Shown here: one piece after another, positions 45,234-54,407 of the stretch
How positions within the stretch are numbered: the first letter of the stretch is position 1
How the letters are laid out: the number at the start of each line of letters is the position of its first letter
Assembly: GCA_964402515.1 (NCBI GenBank)
Contig: CAYOCM010000001.1
Location: 5,660-69,659, forward strand
Length of the DNA: 64,000 nucleotides
Reading direction: 5' to 3'
From: an uncultured Ruminococcus sp.
GTDB taxonomy: Bacteria > Bacillota > Clostridia > Oscillospirales > CAG-382
Translations under genes and position numbers: made by a program
The notes under the pieces: generated by a model
Told to the model about the DNA's origin: nothing
The model's input: the letters and a program-made list of their open reading frames with translations, nothing else
Databases searched by the model: none

Positions 45234-46442
45234 CTATTTGCAATAATCCGAAAGTTTTTTAAGCAGGTCGATGTTGTCATCGCTGCCCTCTCCCTCTGTA
45301 ACGCAGATCAGAGCATCGTTAGGCAACGAACAGATAAGGGACGGCTTTTTTGCAAAAGATTCAAGCGACACGCCGTATTCGAGCAAGGCGGCATATTGGG
45401 CATCGGATGTGGAAACGCGCTGTTCTACGCCCATTTGTTTGAGCGTTATCGGCTTGCCGTATTTGATAATGAGGTCAAAATATTTTTTGTCCGCTATAAT
45501 GATACGACTTTGACCGTCGTCAAGCAGATCGCACAAGTCTTTATGCAATTCGGACTCGGTAAGCGATTCCTGTGATTCGTAACCTTCGATAATTATAGGA
45601 GGAGCGACCTTGGCAAAAGCGTAATTGATGTCGCCAAAGCCCTCTTTTTTGCCCACCAACTGCAATATAAGCGATTTAAACAGATAATTTTCTTCATCTG
45701 CTATATTGCCGTTGCCGTAATAGACGATATTTATATCGGTATCGTTATATACAACTGCGTCGCGCTTGTAAGTCATAAGTTTTACAAACAGCAATTTGTG
45801 CGCAGTCCATTCCTCAAATGTTCTGCCGTATTTGATTTCGTCGTTTTCGGGCGAGCGCCTGAGGCAAACGATAGTGGTGTCGGGCAATGACGCAAACCCG
45901 GGGGCAAGCGAAAGCCCGAGATCTTTAAGATAAACACCGCACTCGTCATACACGCGCTCGGGCATCTCGGCAGGCTGCAAAACCGACGAAAGTTCGGCAA
46001 GCACTCCCGTGCTTTTAAGACGCTCGTAATAATAATCGTCGCAAAGGTATATTAAAGCGTCACCGGCTCTGACCTCGGTTTCAAACCTTTGCAGAACGGA
46101 TTTGTTTGTATCATAGTCTATGGTTATGCTTTCTCCGTCTATGCGGCTGACATTGTCGGTTGCGGCGGTAAGTTCAAGCAAGCCGACCTGCACGGTTCCG
46201 TCACCGTTGACATCTGTCGTGTTTTGAGCGACAAAATCTTTTAATTTGCCGTTATCGGATACGGATAAAACGCCGGCACCTATATACAGCATATCTATAT
46301 CATTGTCTTTTTGCTGAAACAACTGCACGGCGGCAATAATAAGAGCAAACACCAACACTCCTATGATTATTATCATCCATTTGTAATAATACCAAATATT
46401 CGAAAGCCAATCTTTAAACGTATATTTTTGCTTCTGCTCCAT
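45234..46442 (-). CDS. Single-pass membrane protein of unknown function with an apparent internal duplication
   Basis: TM helix WMIIIIGVLVFALIIAAVQLF near the N-terminus. Two similar halves, DIDMLYIGAG...ALIYLCDDYYYERL and DINIVYYGNG...RIIIADKKYFDLI. The start is ATG 46442 or GTG 46460. Confidence 0.55.
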   Translation of the reverse strand: MEQKQKYTFKDWLSNIWYYYKWMIIIIGVLVFALIIAAVQLFQQKDNDIDMLYIGAGVLSVSDNGKLKDFVAQNTTDVNGDGTVQVGLLELTAATDNVSRIDGESITIDYDTNKSVLQRFETEVRAGDALIYLCDDYYYERLKSTGVLAELSSVLQPAEMPERVYDECGVYLKDLGLSLAPGFASLPDTTIVCLRRSPENDEIKYGRTFEEWTAHKLLFVKLMTYKRDAVVYNDTDINIVYYGNGNIADEENYLFKSLILQLVGKKEGFGDINYAFAKVAPPIIIEGYESQESLTESELHKDLCDLLDDGQSRIIIADKKYFDLIIKYGKPITLKQMGVEQRVSTSDAQYAALLEYGVSLESFAKKPSLICSLPNDALICVTEGEGSDDNIDLLKKLSDYCK

Positions 46443-46532
46443 CTTGACATTACCTTTCACACATTATGCTTAAACTATTATAACATCTTTGATTACTTTT
46501 TTCAACCGTTTTGCTTTTAACTGTTTTTTATG

Positions 46533-46561
46533 TTGTAAAAAACGACAATAAGTGTTAAAAT
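46533..46561 (+). promoter_or_regulatory. Sigma-A type promoter with extended -10 for the ECF operon
   Basis: TTGTAA, a 17-nt spacer whose 3' end supplies the TGn, then TAAAAT (extended -10 TGtTAAAAT). Confidence 0.5.
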
Positions 46562-46612
46562 CAATCTAAACGGTTTGGCTTTAAATCACCTTAATTAAAG
46601 GGGGCAACGAAT

Positions 46613-47488
46613 ATGCGTTCTTTTGCCGAATTGCATCCCACAGTGCTTTTGCTTTGGCTGCTGTCGGTAATGCTGATATCGGTGTTTGCGGTTAATCCCG
46701 CAATACAGCTTATCGCGCTGACAGGCGGACTGCTGCTTTGCGTGGCCTTAGAATGCTTTAAGATCGGCGATGCCGTATTTTGTTTGCTGATGTTTTTGCT
46801 TACCGCAATAACAAACCCGCTGTTTACGCATGAAGGCGTCACCCCCCTGCTGTTTATAAACGGCACGCCGATAACGCTTGAGGCAACGATATACGGCATA
46901 TTGCTTGCCGCCGTACTTATAAGCGTTATGCTGTGGTGTAAGGCGTTCAACGCCGTTTTTAAAAGCGAAAAAATATTATATCTTTTAGGCGGCATAATGC
47001 CGAAGACCGCGTTGATAATATCCGCCGTGCTCAGATTTGTTCCCCTGCTGCTTAAAAGATTTAAAAGCGTAAGCGCCGCCCGCTCGGCATCCGGCGAAAT
47101 GCAAAAAGACGATTATATATCAAAAATCAAAAACATATCACGCATATTCAATGCCGTGTTGGCATGGTCGCTCGAAAGCTCGGTCGACACGGTCGCATCT
47201 ATGAAAGCACGCGGGTTCGGCACGCACGAGCGCACAAATTATCACAGATTTAAGTTTACATCACGCGACGCCGTTATGCTTGCAATATGTATTCTTACAT
47301 TGTCGGCAGTCGTTGCGGGCATTGCAACAGGCTGTATCGGTTTTGAATGTTATCCGTCTGTAAACATACCGACGGTTTCGGGCTGTTCGGTTTTATGCTA
47401 TGCCGCATTTGCGTTGCTGTCGTTTATGCCGTTTTTAATTGAATTAAAAGTGAGGTTAAAATGGAAATTCTATCGGTCAAAGATCTGA
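46613..47488 (+). CDS. ECF transporter transmembrane (T) component, EcfT/CbiQ family
   Basis: 291 aa, multi-TM, with the cytoplasmic coupling-helix region SAARSASG...MKARGFG typical of T components. Confidence 0.7.
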   Translation: MRSFAELHPTVLLLWLLSVMLISVFAVNPAIQLIALTGGLLLCVALECFKIGDAVFCLLMFLLTAITNPLFTHEGVTPLLFINGTPITLEATIYGILLAAVLISVMLWCKAFNAVFKSEKILYLLGGIMPKTALIISAVLRFVPLLLKRFKSVSAARSASGEMQKDDYISKIKNISRIFNAVLAWSLESSVDTVASMKARGFGTHERTNYHRFKFTSRDAVMLAICILTLSAVVAGIATGCIGFECYPSVNIPTVSGCSVLCYAAFALLSFMPFLIELKVRLKWKFYRSKI

Positions 47489-49134
47489 CATTTAAATATC
47501 CCAATGCCGAAAAGAACGCTTTAAACGGCATAAGCTTTGCGATAGAACGCGGCGAAATAGCGGTTTTATGCGGGGTTTCGGGTTGCGGCAAAACAACGCT
47601 TTTGCGCCTGCTGAAGCGCGAAATCGCTCCCTTCGGCGAAAAAAGCGGAATAATAACCTTTGACGGCAAAAATATCGACACACTCGACGGTGTGTCGGCC
47701 GCGTTGAATATAGGCTTTGTGATGCAAGACCCCGACAGCCAGATAGTTACCGATACGGTCGCACACGAATTGGCATTCGGCCTTGAAAACATCGGAATCG
47801 AACGTCGGGAAATCAGGCGCCGTGTGGGAGAAATGGCAAGTTATTTTGGCATTCGGGGCATTTTTTTGCAATCGACGGACGAGCTTTCGGGTGGGCAAAA
47901 ACAATTGCTTAATCTTGCTTCGGTCACGGCTATGCAACCGTCTCTTTTGCTGCTGGACGAGCCCACGAGCAGGCTTGACCCGATTGCCGCCGACGAATTT
48001 ATAAGGACTTTGCAAAAGTTAAATGACGATTTCGGCCTAACAGTCATCATTGCCGAACACAGACTTGACGCGATAATACCTATTGCAAACAGGGTATTGT
48101 TAATGCAAGACGGCAAACTTATAATAAACACCTCGCCACGAAATATTTCGGCAGAGCTTTTGTCTGTTTCGGCACAACATCCCATGCTTGAAGCAATGCC
48201 CGCGGCGGTACGCATAAGCGGCGCACTGTCAGGTTCGCATCAATGCGCACTCAATGTAAAAGAATGTAAAAAAATGTTGTTGCAAAAATACGCAGGTGCG
48301 AATATTGAATATACTCACGGTAAAAGAACCGGATCAGACAAAAAAGCGATACAAATTAAAAACGTTTGGTTCAGATACGGCAAAAACGAGCCGGACGTTT
48401 TGCGTGGGCTGTCGTTGGATGTTTATGACGGCGAATGGGTATTTGTACTCGGCGGAAACGGTGCGGGAAAATCAACGTTGTTTTCACTGATAGCAGGTTT
48501 GCAAAAGACATGCGACGGCAAAATATCGATAAATAACGTTGATATAAAAAAATATAAAGACGGTTCGCTTTATCGCGGATGTCTGTCAATGTTGCCGCAA
48601 GAACCAAAAACGCTGTTTGTTACCGACAAAGTAATCGACGATATGCTGCACGCGCTGTCTGCAGTCGGCATATGCGATGACGAAGCCAAAACAAAAGCAA
48701 ACGGTATCGCAAAAGAACTCGGCATAATTCATCTGTTGCAAAAACATCCTTATGACCTCAGCGGCGGAGAACTGCAAAAATGCGCGATAGCGTTGATACT
48801 GCTGAAATCGCCCAAGATACTGTTGCTTGACGAACCCACAAAAGGACTTGACGCGGCCGCAAAACGGGTGTTGGGCGAAATGCTTTTGTCGCTTAAGGCT
48901 CGCGGCATCACTCTGCTCGCCGTAACTCACGACCTTGATTTTGCGGCAGAGTACGGCGACAGATGCGCATTGCTGTTTGACGGAGAGATAACATCCGATG
49001 ACGAGCCGCACATTTTTTTCGCGCACAACGCGTTTTATACCACTGCGGCAAGTTTAATCTCGCGTGAGATAACAGGCGGTACGGTAACCGCATCCGAGGT
49101 CATAAGCGCACTTGACGGACGGGAAACTGTATGA
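47461..49134 (+). CDS. Fused double ATPase of an ECF/ABC transporter (EcfA-EcfA', YkoD-like)
   Basis: Two complete NBDs. The first has GVSGCGKTT, LSGGQKQLLNLA and LLLDEPTSRLD. The second has GGNGAGKST, LSGGELQKCAIA and LLLDEPTKGLD. Overlaps the T-component gene by 28 nt. Confidence 0.85.
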   Translation: MEILSVKDLTFKYPNAEKNALNGISFAIERGEIAVLCGVSGCGKTTLLRLLKREIAPFGEKSGIITFDGKNIDTLDGVSAALNIGFVMQDPDSQIVTDTVAHELAFGLENIGIERREIRRRVGEMASYFGIRGIFLQSTDELSGGQKQLLNLASVTAMQPSLLLLDEPTSRLDPIAADEFIRTLQKLNDDFGLTVIIAEHRLDAIIPIANRVLLMQDGKLIINTSPRNISAELLSVSAQHPMLEAMPAAVRISGALSGSHQCALNVKECKKMLLQKYAGANIEYTHGKRTGSDKKAIQIKNVWFRYGKNEPDVLRGLSLDVYDGEWVFVLGGNGAGKSTLFSLIAGLQKTCDGKISINNVDIKKYKDGSLYRGCLSMLPQEPKTLFVTDKVIDDMLHALSAVGICDDEAKTKANGIAKELGIIHLLQKHPYDLSGGELQKCAIALILLKSPKILLLDEPTKGLDAAAKRVLGEMLLSLKARGITLLAVTHDLDFAAEYGDRCALLFDGEITSDDEPHIFFAHNAFYTTAASLISREITGGTVTASEVISALDGRETV

Positions 49135-49805
49135 AAAAGAAACTGTCATACCTTATAATGCTTTTGCTGATCCCCGTCTTGACGATAGGCGGTGCGATAT
49201 TATTTAAAGACAAACAGTATACCTGGATCTCGCTGTGCGCTATGGTATTATCGTGCGTTCCGTTTTTTATCAATTTTGAAAAAAAGCGCGATAACGCCGT
49301 AACGGTAATGCTGATAGCCGCGATGACCGCGCTGTCGGTGCTTGGCAGGATAGTTTTTGCCCCCCTGCCGAGTTTTAAACCGGTTGCGGCAATAGTTATA
49401 CTGACTGCGATGTATTTCGGCAGTGAAGCGGGATTTATGACAGGAGCACTTTCTGCCGTAATATCAAACTTTTATTTCAGTCAGGGACCGTGGACTCCGT
49501 TTCAAATGTTTTCATGGGGCTTGGTCGGGCTGATTGCGGGCGTTTTTTCGAATACGCTAAAAAAAAGCAGAATAGCACTGTGTATATACGGTGCGATATC
49601 GGGCGTGCTGTTTTCGGCGTTGATGGATGTATGGACGATACTGTGGGCAGACGGATATTTCAATATCTCGCGTTATGCGGCGGCAATAATCGCGGCGTTG
49701 CCGGTAACGGCCGTTTACGCCGTATCAAACATACTGTTCCTTTTGCTGTTTGCAAAACCGATAGGCAAAATATTGCAACGCATAAAAACAAAATACGGCA
49801 TATAA
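49131..49805 (+). CDS. ECF transporter substrate-capture (S) component, substrate unknown
   Basis: 224 aa with about 6 TM helices. ATGA overlap with the ATPase gene. Confidence 0.6.
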   Translation: MKKKLSYLIMLLLIPVLTIGGAILFKDKQYTWISLCAMVLSCVPFFINFEKKRDNAVTVMLIAAMTALSVLGRIVFAPLPSFKPVAAIVILTAMYFGSEAGFMTGALSAVISNFYFSQGPWTPFQMFSWGLVGLIAGVFSNTLKKSRIALCIYGAISGVLFSALMDVWTILWADGYFNISRYAAAIIAALPVTAVYAVSNILFLLLFAKPIGKILQRIKTKYGI

Positions 49806-49829
49806 CTTAACTGTAAGAGGTAAATTATT

Positions 49830-50372
49830 ATGAAATGGTTTATAGCATCGGACATTCACGGCAGCGCATTTTATTGCGAACAAATGCTTAAGGATTTTGA
49901 AAACAAAAAATGCGACCGCATTCTTTTGCTCGGTGACATACTTTATCACGGTCCTCGCAATGATCTGCCTTTGGACTATGCGCCCAAAAAAGTTGCCGAA
50001 ATGCTGTGCGGATATAGCGACAGCATATTCTGTGTCAGAGGAAACTGCGAGGCCGAAGTCGATCAAATGATGCTTACGTTTCCCGTTTTGTCTGACTATG
50101 CCGTTATCGAAACATACGGCAGAATAATGTTTGCCACGCACGGACATATATTTAACGCGCAAAAAATGCCGCCGCTTAAAAGCGGCGACATACTGCTGCA
50201 CGGTCACACGCATATACCGCAATCAACTGCACAGAATAATATTTTGATATTAAATCCCGGCTCGGTATCAATACCCAAAAACAACAGTTGTCACAGTTAC
50301 ATGACGCTTTGTGACAAAACCTTTATATGGCATGAACTCGGCGGCAAAGAATATATGCGCCTTGAACTTTAA
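49830..50372 (+). CDS. YfcE-type phosphodiesterase (metallophosphoesterase)
   Basis: Motifs SDIHG, GDILYHGPRN, GNCE, THGH and HGHTH. Confidence 0.8.
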   Translation: MKWFIASDIHGSAFYCEQMLKDFENKKCDRILLLGDILYHGPRNDLPLDYAPKKVAEMLCGYSDSIFCVRGNCEAEVDQMMLTFPVLSDYAVIETYGRIMFATHGHIFNAQKMPPLKSGDILLHGHTHIPQSTAQNNILILNPGSVSIPKNNSCHSYMTLCDKTFIWHELGGKEYMRLEL

Positions 50373-50373
50373 A

Positions 50374-51393
50374 CTAATCAGACAGCCAATTTGCAAATTC
50401 GTTTTTAACGTCTAACATCAGTTTTTGTCTTGTATCTTCATCGACAAAAGCACCTTTTGCCGCATTGAGTGCGGCTGTTTGCAACATGTCGGTGTCAAGG
50501 TCAAAATCGGCTGCAAGTTTTAAATATTCGTTTTTTAACGTACTGCCCGAAACCGTGCTGTTGTCGGTGCATACGGTTGCGTTAATGCCGTTTTTGATAT
50601 AAAAAGCAAAAGGATAACAGTGCGTTTGATCGACGGCTCGTGTCTGAATATTGCTGGTGTAACAATTTTCAAGCACTATGCCGTCGTTTTTTATCGTTTT
50701 AATCAGGTCGCGGTCGAGATATGCTCGAATGCCGTGACCTACACGTTTTGCCCCGAGGTCTATTGCCTGCCTTATGCTTTGCGGCCCCGCCGCTTCGCCC
50801 GCATGTATAGTAAACGGAACTCCGAGTTGTGATGCGATCTCAAACAGTTTGCAATATCGCGATGTGGCAAAAGCCGCCTCGTTGCCGGCAAGATCGACTG
50901 CGCAAACGCCTTTGTGCAAAAGTTCTTTTGCGGCATATACGGTTTTAAGATTGACGTCCTGCTCGGCACCGCGCATACAGCACAGTATAAGTTGAGAACG
51001 CATACCGCATATTTTTTGAGCTTCAAAAAGCCCTTCGGCGGCAGATGCGGCTATCTCGATTTGCGAAGCGCCGTTTTTTGTGTGCAATTGCGGAGCAAAT
51101 CTGATCTCGGCATATATTATGCCCTGTTTTGCCAACCGCAAAACAAGCATTTTTACCGCCTGTTTGACCGCTTCGGCAGTTTGCAAAACCGTTAAGGGCA
51201 GGTCAAAACATTTAAGATATTCGGCAAGGTCTTTGCAATCGACAGGGACTGTGATCAGATCTCCGAGCGCTTTAATGTCACGAGTCGGCAATTGCGTGCC
51301 CGTCAAATCGGCAAGCGTTATTATCTCGTCGGGTTCAAGCGAACCGTCGAGATGAATATGCAATTCTATCAACGTTATGCAAGTTTTGAGCAA
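50374..51393 (-). CDS. add: Adenosine deaminase
   Basis: N-terminal metal motif ELHIHLDGSL, the HAGE motif (FTIHAGEAAG), and a C-terminal TDN/D region. The exact start is uncertain: TTG 51393 overlaps punA by 19 nt. Confidence 0.8.
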   Translation of the reverse strand: MLKTCITLIELHIHLDGSLEPDEIITLADLTGTQLPTRDIKALGDLITVPVDCKDLAEYLKCFDLPLTVLQTAEAVKQAVKMLVLRLAKQGIIYAEIRFAPQLHTKNGASQIEIAASAAEGLFEAQKICGMRSQLILCCMRGAEQDVNLKTVYAAKELLHKGVCAVDLAGNEAAFATSRYCKLFEIASQLGVPFTIHAGEAAGPQSIRQAIDLGAKRVGHGIRAYLDRDLIKTIKNDGIVLENCYTSNIQTRAVDQTHCYPFAFYIKNGINATVCTDNSTVSGSTLKNEYLKLAADFDLDTDMLQTAALNAAKGAFVDEDTRQKLMLDVKNEFANWLSD

Positions 51394-52196
51394 ACGGCAG
51401 TCATAAGGTCTTTAAACTTATCCTCAACGGCCATACCGGTCGCCATAACCTCGGCATGGGACAGAGGCTGATCAAGTATGCCTGCGGCCATGTTGGTCAT
51501 GCAGGATATGCCCAAAACTCTCATTCCGCCGTGAACGGCACAAATAACCTCGGCAACAGTCGACATGCCGCAAGCGTCGGCACCCAGAGTGCGCAAAGCG
51601 CGTATTTCGGCAGGTGTCTCAAACATAGGGCCCTTGGCATAGCAATAAACGCCTTCTTTGAGGTCAATGCCGCATTCTTTGGCCGCTTCACGCGCAAGAT
51701 CCATTAATTCTCTGTCATATGCTCTGCTCATAGAAGGGAATCTGTCGCCCAATCTGTCGTCATTCGGACCGAAAAGCGGAGAATCGCAAAACAGCGAGAT
51801 ATGGTCGGTTATCAGCATAAGATCGCCGGGAACAAACGAGGTGTTGATAGCGCCCGCGGCGTTGGTAACTACCAAATTTTTGACGCCCATGAGCTGAAAA
51901 ACTCTTACATACAAAGTAACATATTCAAGCGAGTATCCCTCGTATCTGTGAAATCTGCCGAGCATGCCTATAATGCGTTTTCCGCCCACTTTGCCGACAA
52001 CAAGTTTGCCTGCATGTCCGGGAATTGTCGAAACGGGAAAATCGGGTATATCTTTATAATCGATCTCAACCTCGCGCTCTATCGATCTGCCGAAAGCACC
52101 GAGTCCGCTGCCCAAAACAACCGCAGTATCGGGCACATCACTGATAAACTGTTTCAAATAACTTGCAACATTGCTTGCTCTTTCGTATAATGTCAT
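51375..52196 (-). CDS. punA: Purine nucleoside phosphorylase (trimeric PunA type)
   Basis: VLGSGLG, GRFHRYEGY, VTNAAGAIN and GMSTVAEV. ATG 52196 is preceded by AAGGAG, and the track start at 52277 lies upstream of the predicted promoter -35. Confidence 0.85.
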   Translation of the reverse strand: MTLYERASNVASYLKQFISDVPDTAVVLGSGLGAFGRSIEREVEIDYKDIPDFPVSTIPGHAGKLVVGKVGGKRIIGMLGRFHRYEGYSLEYVTLYVRVFQLMGVKNLVVTNAAGAINTSFVPGDLMLITDHISLFCDSPLFGPNDDRLGDRFPSMSRAYDRELMDLAREAAKECGIDLKEGVYCYAKGPMFETPAEIRALRTLGADACGMSTVAEVICAVHGGMRVLGISCMTNMAAGILDQPLSHAEVMATGMAVEDKFKDLMTAVCSKLA

Positions 52197-52235
52197 ATCG
52201 GGATCTCCTTTACAAATATATATTTTGATACTATT

Positions 52236-52264
52236 AATATAGCATATCGCAAGCACAAGGTCAA
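52236..52264 (-). promoter_or_regulatory. Sigma-A type promoter of punA-add
   Basis: Minus strand reads TTGACC, a 17-nt spacer, then TATATT. The spacer contains the 11-mer GCATATCGCAA (plus-strand reading). Confidence 0.45.
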
Positions 52265-52308
52265 TAGGTGCGGGCAACAGGATTTTTTGAAAAAATCAAA
52301 ATTAGATA

Positions 52309-52337
52309 TTGCATATCGCAATCGATTGTGATAAAAT
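52309..52337 (+). promoter_or_regulatory. Sigma-A type promoter with extended -10 for the CofE-like gene
   Basis: TTGCAT, a 17-nt spacer whose 3' end supplies the TGn, then TAAAAT (extended -10 TGaTAAAAT). The TTG used as the ORF-track start (52309) is the -35 hexamer. The region also contains the same 11-mer and the perfect palindrome CAATCGATTG. Confidence 0.45.
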
Positions 52338-52386
52338 ACCTTGCGGTTGTTTTTTGCAACTAATTTATACAAGGCGGTGCATTTAT

Positions 52387-53580
52387 ATGCAAAGATCAAT
52401 TGGTACTGTTTCAAGGGGAGTAAGAGCTCCCATCATTCGCAACGGTGACGACATTGCCGCTATTGTTGCCGACAGCGTGCTTGCAGCCGCAAAGAGCGAA
52501 AACATCGAGATACGCGACCGTGATGTTGTCGCGGTTACCGAAGCCGTTGTGGCACGTGCGCAAGGCAACTATGCTACCGTCGACCAGATCGCAGCCGACG
52601 TTAAAAGCAAGTTTCCGAGCGGTGAGTTTGCCGTAATTTTTCCCATACTTTCGCGCAATCGCTTTTCGATCTGTCTGCGCGGCATAGCAAAAGGCGCAAA
52701 AAAGGTATATCTTATGCTCAGTTACCCTTCGGACGAGGTCGGCAACGCGCTTGTCGATATTGATCTTGTCGACGAAGCCGGCATCGATCCTTGGCGCGAT
52801 GTTTTGACCGAGGCTGATTTCCGCAAGCATTTCGGATATATCAAGCATCGTTTTACAGGCGTCGATTATATACAATTCTACCGTGATCTTATTACCGAGG
52901 CAGGCGCCGAATGCGAGATAATACTTGCCAACGACTGCCGCGCTGTACTCAATTATACAAAGAACGTCATTTGTGCCGACATACACACCCGTGCCCGCAC
53001 AAAAAGACTGCTTAAGGCTGCGGGTGCAGAAACCGTCTACGGTCTTGACGATATACTTACCGAGTCTGTCAACGGCAGCGGATATAACCGTGACTACGGT
53101 CTTTTGGGCACTAACAAAGCGACCGAAGACACCGTTAAACTTTTCCCCCGCGACTGTGAAGAGGTTGTTGCACGCATAGCACAGTTGCTGTATGATGCAA
53201 CCGGCAAGCATGTTGAGGTAATGGTATACGGTGACGGCGCGTTTAAGGATCCCATCGGCAAGATTTGGGAATTGGCCGATCCCGTCGTTTCTCCCGCGCA
53301 TACTCCCGGCCTTGTCGGACAGCCTAACGAATTAAAGCTCAAATACCTTGCCGACAACGATTTTGCCGATCTGTCGGGCGAAGCGCTTAAAAACGCAATC
53401 AGCGAGCGCATACGCACAAAAGATTCAAACCTTGTCGGTCAGATGGTATCCGAGGGTACCACTCCCCGCCGCCTTACCGACCTTATCGGTTCGCTGTGCG
53501 ACCTGACATCCGGCTCGGGCGACAAGGGCACACCCATAGTTTGGATACAAGGCTATTTTGACAACTTTACCAACGACTGA
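52387..53580 (+). CDS. F420-0:gamma-glutamyl ligase (CofE)-like family protein
   Basis: 397 aa from ATG 52387. The N-terminus VAVTEAVVARAQGN and the C-terminus LADPVVSP...DLIGSLCDLTSGSGDKGTPIVWIQG resemble the CofE fold pattern (acidic/Gly-rich ligand region followed by PVV-x-V/I-x-G). The assignment is from memory of the family. Confidence 0.5.
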   Translation: MQRSIGTVSRGVRAPIIRNGDDIAAIVADSVLAAAKSENIEIRDRDVVAVTEAVVARAQGNYATVDQIAADVKSKFPSGEFAVIFPILSRNRFSICLRGIAKGAKKVYLMLSYPSDEVGNALVDIDLVDEAGIDPWRDVLTEADFRKHFGYIKHRFTGVDYIQFYRDLITEAGAECEIILANDCRAVLNYTKNVICADIHTRARTKRLLKAAGAETVYGLDDILTESVNGSGYNRDYGLLGTNKATEDTVKLFPRDCEEVVARIAQLLYDATGKHVEVMVYGDGAFKDPIGKIWELADPVVSPAHTPGLVGQPNELKLKYLADNDFADLSGEALKNAISERIRTKDSNLVGQMVSEGTTPRRLTDLIGSLCDLTSGSGDKGTPIVWIQGYFDNFTND

Positions 53581-53597
53581 GTTTTTTAACTGAATAA

Positions 53598-53625
53598 GGC
53601 GGTGTGGATATCACACCGCCTTTTT
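53598..53625 (+). terminator. Rho-independent terminator
   Basis: GGCGGTGTG-gatat-CACACCGCC followed by TTTTT. The GTG used as the ORF-track start of the next gene (53604) lies inside this hairpin. Confidence 0.8.
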
Positions 53626-53642
53626 GTCTTTTAGGTACGATT

Positions 53643-54368
53643 ATGAAAAAGTATTTTTATTTTGCTCTCATCTGCATAGGAGCGTTGCTTGGCGTATACG
53701 GCACGGCACTGCTATTTACAACCAATTTCAGCGTCGGCACCCTGTTTGTTATACTGCTCGGCGCGGTGACAGCGGCGCTTGGGATATTTAACAACATGCC
53801 TAAAGCGTTAATAATAATTTTTTGTGTAATAATAGGCTATGCCGCCTTGGCGTCGGCTTTTCTGACAATATACGGCAAGACCGATACCGTCACATATGAC
53901 GAGGACGCGATTATAGTTTTGGGCTCGGCAGTGAACGGCGAGACCGTAGGAGCGCAACTTGCGCGGCGGCTTGACGCGGCTTATGACTATTATATACAAA
54001 ATCCAGAGGTGCTTATAGTGGTCAGCGGCGGTCAAGGCGCACAAGAGGATATAACCGAAGCACTTGCGATGGAACGCTATCTTATTTCACGAGGTGTAAA
54101 TGCCGATAATATAATCAAAGAAGAATACGCCACCGGCACCGATTATAATTTTATGTATTCAAAAACGCTGCTTGACGAGCGTCTCGGCGATAAATATAAG
54201 GTTGCATTCGTCACGACCGACTATCACGTTTTCAGGGCGAAATTCACGGCACGCAAGATAGGCTTTGACAGAATAACGCACACGCATTCATCAATAGAAT
54301 TTCACAATTATCTGCCAAGCACCCTGCGCGAAACGGTGGCCGTTATATGCTATTGGCTGCTGAAATAA
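53643..54368 (+). CDS. DUF218 (YdcF/SanA/ElyC-like) membrane-anchored protein
   Basis: Three N-terminal TM helices followed by IIVLGSAVNGE...VSGGQGAQEDITEALAMERYL, typical of the DUF218 domain. Confidence 0.7.
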   Translation: MKKYFYFALICIGALLGVYGTALLFTTNFSVGTLFVILLGAVTAALGIFNNMPKALIIIFCVIIGYAALASAFLTIYGKTDTVTYDEDAIIVLGSAVNGETVGAQLARRLDAAYDYYIQNPEVLIVVSGGQGAQEDITEALAMERYLISRGVNADNIIKEEYATGTDYNFMYSKTLLDERLGDKYKVAFVTTDYHVFRAKFTARKIGFDRITHTHSSIEFHNYLPSTLRETVAVICYWLLK

Positions 54369-54407
54369 ACATACCCGATAATCTATTTTTAAAGGCGGTA
54401 ACAAAAT

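Noticed and set aside
52411-53301. 296-aa minus-strand ORF inside the CofE-like gene.
   Set aside because: It is antisense to the better-supported plus-strand gene, which has a promoter, RBS and terminator. It has no translation signals of its own.
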